Assembly (NCBI GenBank): GCA_043803405.1
Contig: JAZDKB010000009.1
Span: forward strand, 96,001 to 160,000
Source of the DNA: Spirochaetota bacterium
GTDB lineage: Bacteria > Spirochaetota > UBA4802 > JAFGDQ01
Length of the DNA stretch: 64,000 nucleotides
Reading direction: 5' to 3'
The position numbers and the translations under genes are program-made. The notes under the pieces were generated by a model that ran no database searches, had not been told where the DNA came from, and worked only from the letters and a program-made list of their open reading frames with translations. Below, one piece after another: positions 61,177-64,000 of this stretch; position 1 is the stretch's first letter; each line of letters opens with the position of its first letter.

Positions 61177-61236
61177 ATAATAGTCCTTAAATAACACTCC
61201 TTATGTTCCATATTTTGCTAATGATTGAGATTTGCC

Positions 61237-61728
61237 TCATGCATCCAGTTTAACTTCGCCTGTCTCAACATCAAGCAAAACTATAAAAAGTTGCAACAAT
61301 GATCGATCTGAAAGGTATCGATTGATTTCCCGATTGACTTCTTCAATAAGTAACCGGATATCCTCAAACTCTCTAATTGCCCGAATATAATCAGTGTCGG
61401 ACATAAACGGCCATCCATACGATCTTAAAGCGCCATGTACAATATAATTGCGAATATTTCGCACATATTCAAGTCGATCTGCCAATGAGTCATCAGGTAA
61501 TTGTTTCTGAAGCCCTTTAATAAGTTGGCCAAGGGTTTTCGACCAGAATTCAGCAGGATCCAGCTTACTCAGAAGACCCAGATGTGTCGCCAGACTAAAT
61601 TCAAATGACTGGATGACTGCCAGTGCCGCCCCCAGAGAGACAAATAGAGCAAGGTCGTCATGACTTCGCTGGAATTTAAAAGTAGTGTCTTTTCCTACTG
61701 GCAGAAGTATTGGTTCTTCATTATTCAT
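61237..61728 (-). CDS. Stand-alone HEPN-like protein
   Basis: TLGQLI helix followed by RNYIVH (Rx4H). Confidence 0.55.
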   Translation of the reverse strand: MNNEEPILLPVGKDTTFKFQRSHDDLALFVSLGAALAVIQSFEFSLATHLGLLSKLDPAEFWSKTLGQLIKGLQKQLPDDSLADRLEYVRNIRNYIVHGALRSYGWPFMSDTDYIRAIREFEDIRLLIEEVNREINRYLSDRSLLQLFIVLLDVETGEVKLDA

Positions 61729-61975
61729 TTTTGCAACCTTATATGATCTTCGAGAAAAAAATATCAGAATTCTATTTTAATGCTTTTTATCGTTTCATCT
61801 GAGTTTGCCCCTGCCATGTGGGCCGGATAAATGCTGATAAGCCAATACGCGATACCTGCTCCAAAGCAATTTAAGCGAAGGCGAACTTCTCGGACAAACT
61901 CCAGCAAAGGGACTGGTCACATTTGGCTTCCAATGTTGAGGATTTTTATTTATTCTCTGTAAATATGTAATTATA

Positions 61976-62572
61976 CTATTTCTCACCTTTAGTATTCAGG
62001 AATTCTTTAATTTTTATCAATTCGGAATCAGACACTTTCATAGTAATTGCATCTGTCATTGCGTATAATCTATATTCCAAACTTTTAGAATTTATAATTG
62101 CTTTTTCAAGATCACTTGTTAACATTATTTTTCCTGTCAATAATTTTGATTCTCTTGTAGAAGATTCGACCTTTACTTCGTCTTTCCCTGTCATAAAGTT
62201 CTTTTCTGTTTTAGACTCATGTTCAACTTCAGTTTGCATTTTTGAAGATGGATCATTAAGTTTAAGTTCTGTGACTTTATTATCAACCTTAATGAATGCC
62301 TCATTCTTTAAATCATTAACATTCACAGATGCAATTATGCTAAAGAATACATTTGTTGGTGTACTCTTCCCATCTTTTATTTCCCTAAAATATTTCCCAC
62401 CATATGTCGTTACTCCTTTACTAAATCCACCTCCATCTATAGTTGCGTCATGATCCATATCCATTGTTATCACGATTGAATTTTTAAAAGAGTCTTTCTT
62501 AACCTGGATTTCACCGGTTGTACATCCAAAAATAAAACTAAAGCAGATGAGTAAAAAAACAAATCTTTTCAT
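61976..62572 (-). CDS. Hypothetical lipoprotein
   Basis: Lipobox IFGC; GAGGT RBS. Confidence 0.8.
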   Translation of the reverse strand: MKRFVFLLICFSFIFGCTTGEIQVKKDSFKNSIVITMDMDHDATIDGGGFSKGVTTYGGKYFREIKDGKSTPTNVFFSIIASVNVNDLKNEAFIKVDNKVTELKLNDPSSKMQTEVEHESKTEKNFMTGKDEVKVESSTRESKLLTGKIMLTSDLEKAIINSKSLEYRLYAMTDAITMKVSDSELIKIKEFLNTKGEK

Positions 62573-62913
62573 ATGAACCTCTTTTTGTTGTAATTTTTTT
62601 TATAAATATAATTTATTGATATAAATTAATAATCTGCAATTCAAACACGGCTTCACCTAAGCTCCCGAACGCCCCTGCAACCCCGCCCGCCCTTCATGCT
62701 GAGTCAGCTTTATGCTCAGAACGCTCATGCATATAGTATGCTTTTGCTGCTGCGATTGCCTTCCTTTGCGTATTGCGAAAAGTAGGTTGAGCAATCAGCA
62801 AGTGAATAACAATGTACCAAATACCCCACTGACGATTAAAACAAAACTCAGTTGTGTTCTCCACGACACCAACAAGCTTAACAATTTAAGCATAGACGGA
62901 TTTCGTGTAAGTG

Positions 62914-63999
62914 TTATGGATTAATAACCTTAATAAAGCCTGCAGATGAACTCCCGTTATGTAAATCTATTCTTACTCCGTTTATCCAATAACAGGCAAT
63001 ATTGGTGAATCCAAGAGTATAATACCCGGCTGCATAAACATCAGTTCCCGATACAAAAATAGAGAAAGCATATGATTTGTTACCGTCACTATCCAAAAGA
63101 GTCCTGATTCCATTTTTCCAGTAACAAGCCTGTTCATAGCTGCCATTGTTATTATATCCTGATATATAAACATCCGTGCCAGAAACAAATACCGAGAGCA
63201 GGTTATAGGAGCCAGTTATCGTTAAATCAACAGGATTGTCTGTATTTTTCCAATAGCAGGCCTTCAACTGGCTACTTGCATTATAATGAGTGCCTATTAC
63301 ATAAACATCGGTTCCCGATACAGATATAGAACTTGTAGATGCATTACCTACGCCAACCATCGGTAAATAATAAATAGTGCTATTTATCCAGTAACATGGA
63401 ATTAAGACTCCGCTCTGATAGAAGCCATTTGTATACACGTTTGATCCAGACACGAATATAGAACCGGCAGATGAATCACCTGTTGTGTTAATTAAGTCAT
63501 ATCTAGTGCTGTTTTTCCAGTAACATGCTATGTTCCGTCCACTAACATAATAACCGGATGAATATACGTCTGTTCCTGATACAAACATATCGGTTACATG
63601 TGAATTATTTTGAGTAATTAAATCAGTTTTAACTCCATTTAACCAGTAACATGCAACATTGTATGTTCCATTATAATAAGAACCAGTAACATATGTATCA
63701 GTTTCAGATACTAATACTGAAGATGCACTTGAGTTACTTGTATTATGTAAATCAATTTTTTCACCATTTTTCCAATAACATGCTACATTATATGTTCCGT
63801 TATTGTAACTACCGGCTACATAATTATCATACTTCCAAATCGCATATAGTGTTATATCTGCCGTTCCTATTAGGAATGTTTTACCTTTCAAATATGTAGT
63901 CCCTGTGCCATCGGCCGCAGAATTCCACCAAACTAGACCATAACCTGATTTAACCAGACTGTTGTTTCCAAGAATAGTAGCAGTTTGGCCTTCTTCATA
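62914..63999 (-). CDS. Surface protein with InlB B-repeat and YVAG..ACYWKNG beta-propeller repeats (5' end outside window)
   Basis: Frame open to window end: KSGY...WNSAADGTGTTY..ITLYAIW, then seven VY..G......ACYW.NG-type repeats. Confidence 0.8.
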   Translation of the reverse strand, partial: YEEGQTATILGNNSLVKSGYGLVWWNSAADGTGTTYLKGKTFLIGTADITLYAIWKYDNYVAGSYNNGTYNVACYWKNGEKIDLHNTSNSSASSVLVSETDTYVTGSYYNGTYNVACYWLNGVKTDLITQNNSHVTDMFVSGTDVYSSGYYVSGRNIACYWKNSTRYDLINTTGDSSAGSIFVSGSNVYTNGFYQSGVLIPCYWINSTIYYLPMVGVGNASTSSISVSGTDVYVIGTHYNASSQLKACYWKNTDNPVDLTITGSYNLLSVFVSGTDVYISGYNNNGSYEQACYWKNGIRTLLDSDGNKSYAFSIFVSGTDVYAAGYYTLGFTNIACYWINGVRIDLHNGSSSAGFIKVINP

Positions 64000-64000
64000 A

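Noticed and set aside
62690..62913. Short ORFs on either strand between the last two genes
   Set aside because: No convincing start, RBS or motif; possibly a remnant but unsupported.

Overview
Bacterial chromosome segment, most likely Spirochaetota (inferred from a FlaA-type flagellar sheath gene and many spirochaete-style lipoproteins). Bases 1 to ~50,300 are mostly core genes: glnS, an mlaD/F/E module, apgM-moaE-moaD, carD-PIN/TRAM, PBP1A-HtrA-murJ, queA-spoIID-xerD, a TolC/MacAB-type exporter, four tRNAs, hemW-nagZ, rsfS-LCP-nadD-proA-tatA-asd-ispG. Several palindromic and 21-bp-period repeats lie between these genes. From ~50,400 to the end is a visibly AT-rich accessory region. It holds a minus-strand gene-cassette array with four 111-131 bp attC-like sites and a candidate attI, but no integron integrase in the window. 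A decayed IS91-family HUH transposase sits divergently where intI would be expected, which is the best candidate here for an undescribed system. Other notable items: an ACT-malic-enzyme homologue with every catalytic motif eroded behind carD-PIN/TRAM, an aromatic-repeat envelope protein heading the mla operon, a stand-alone HEPN-like gene, and a lipoprotein switched off by a poly-A frameshift. All calls come from reading motifs by eye; no searches were run.
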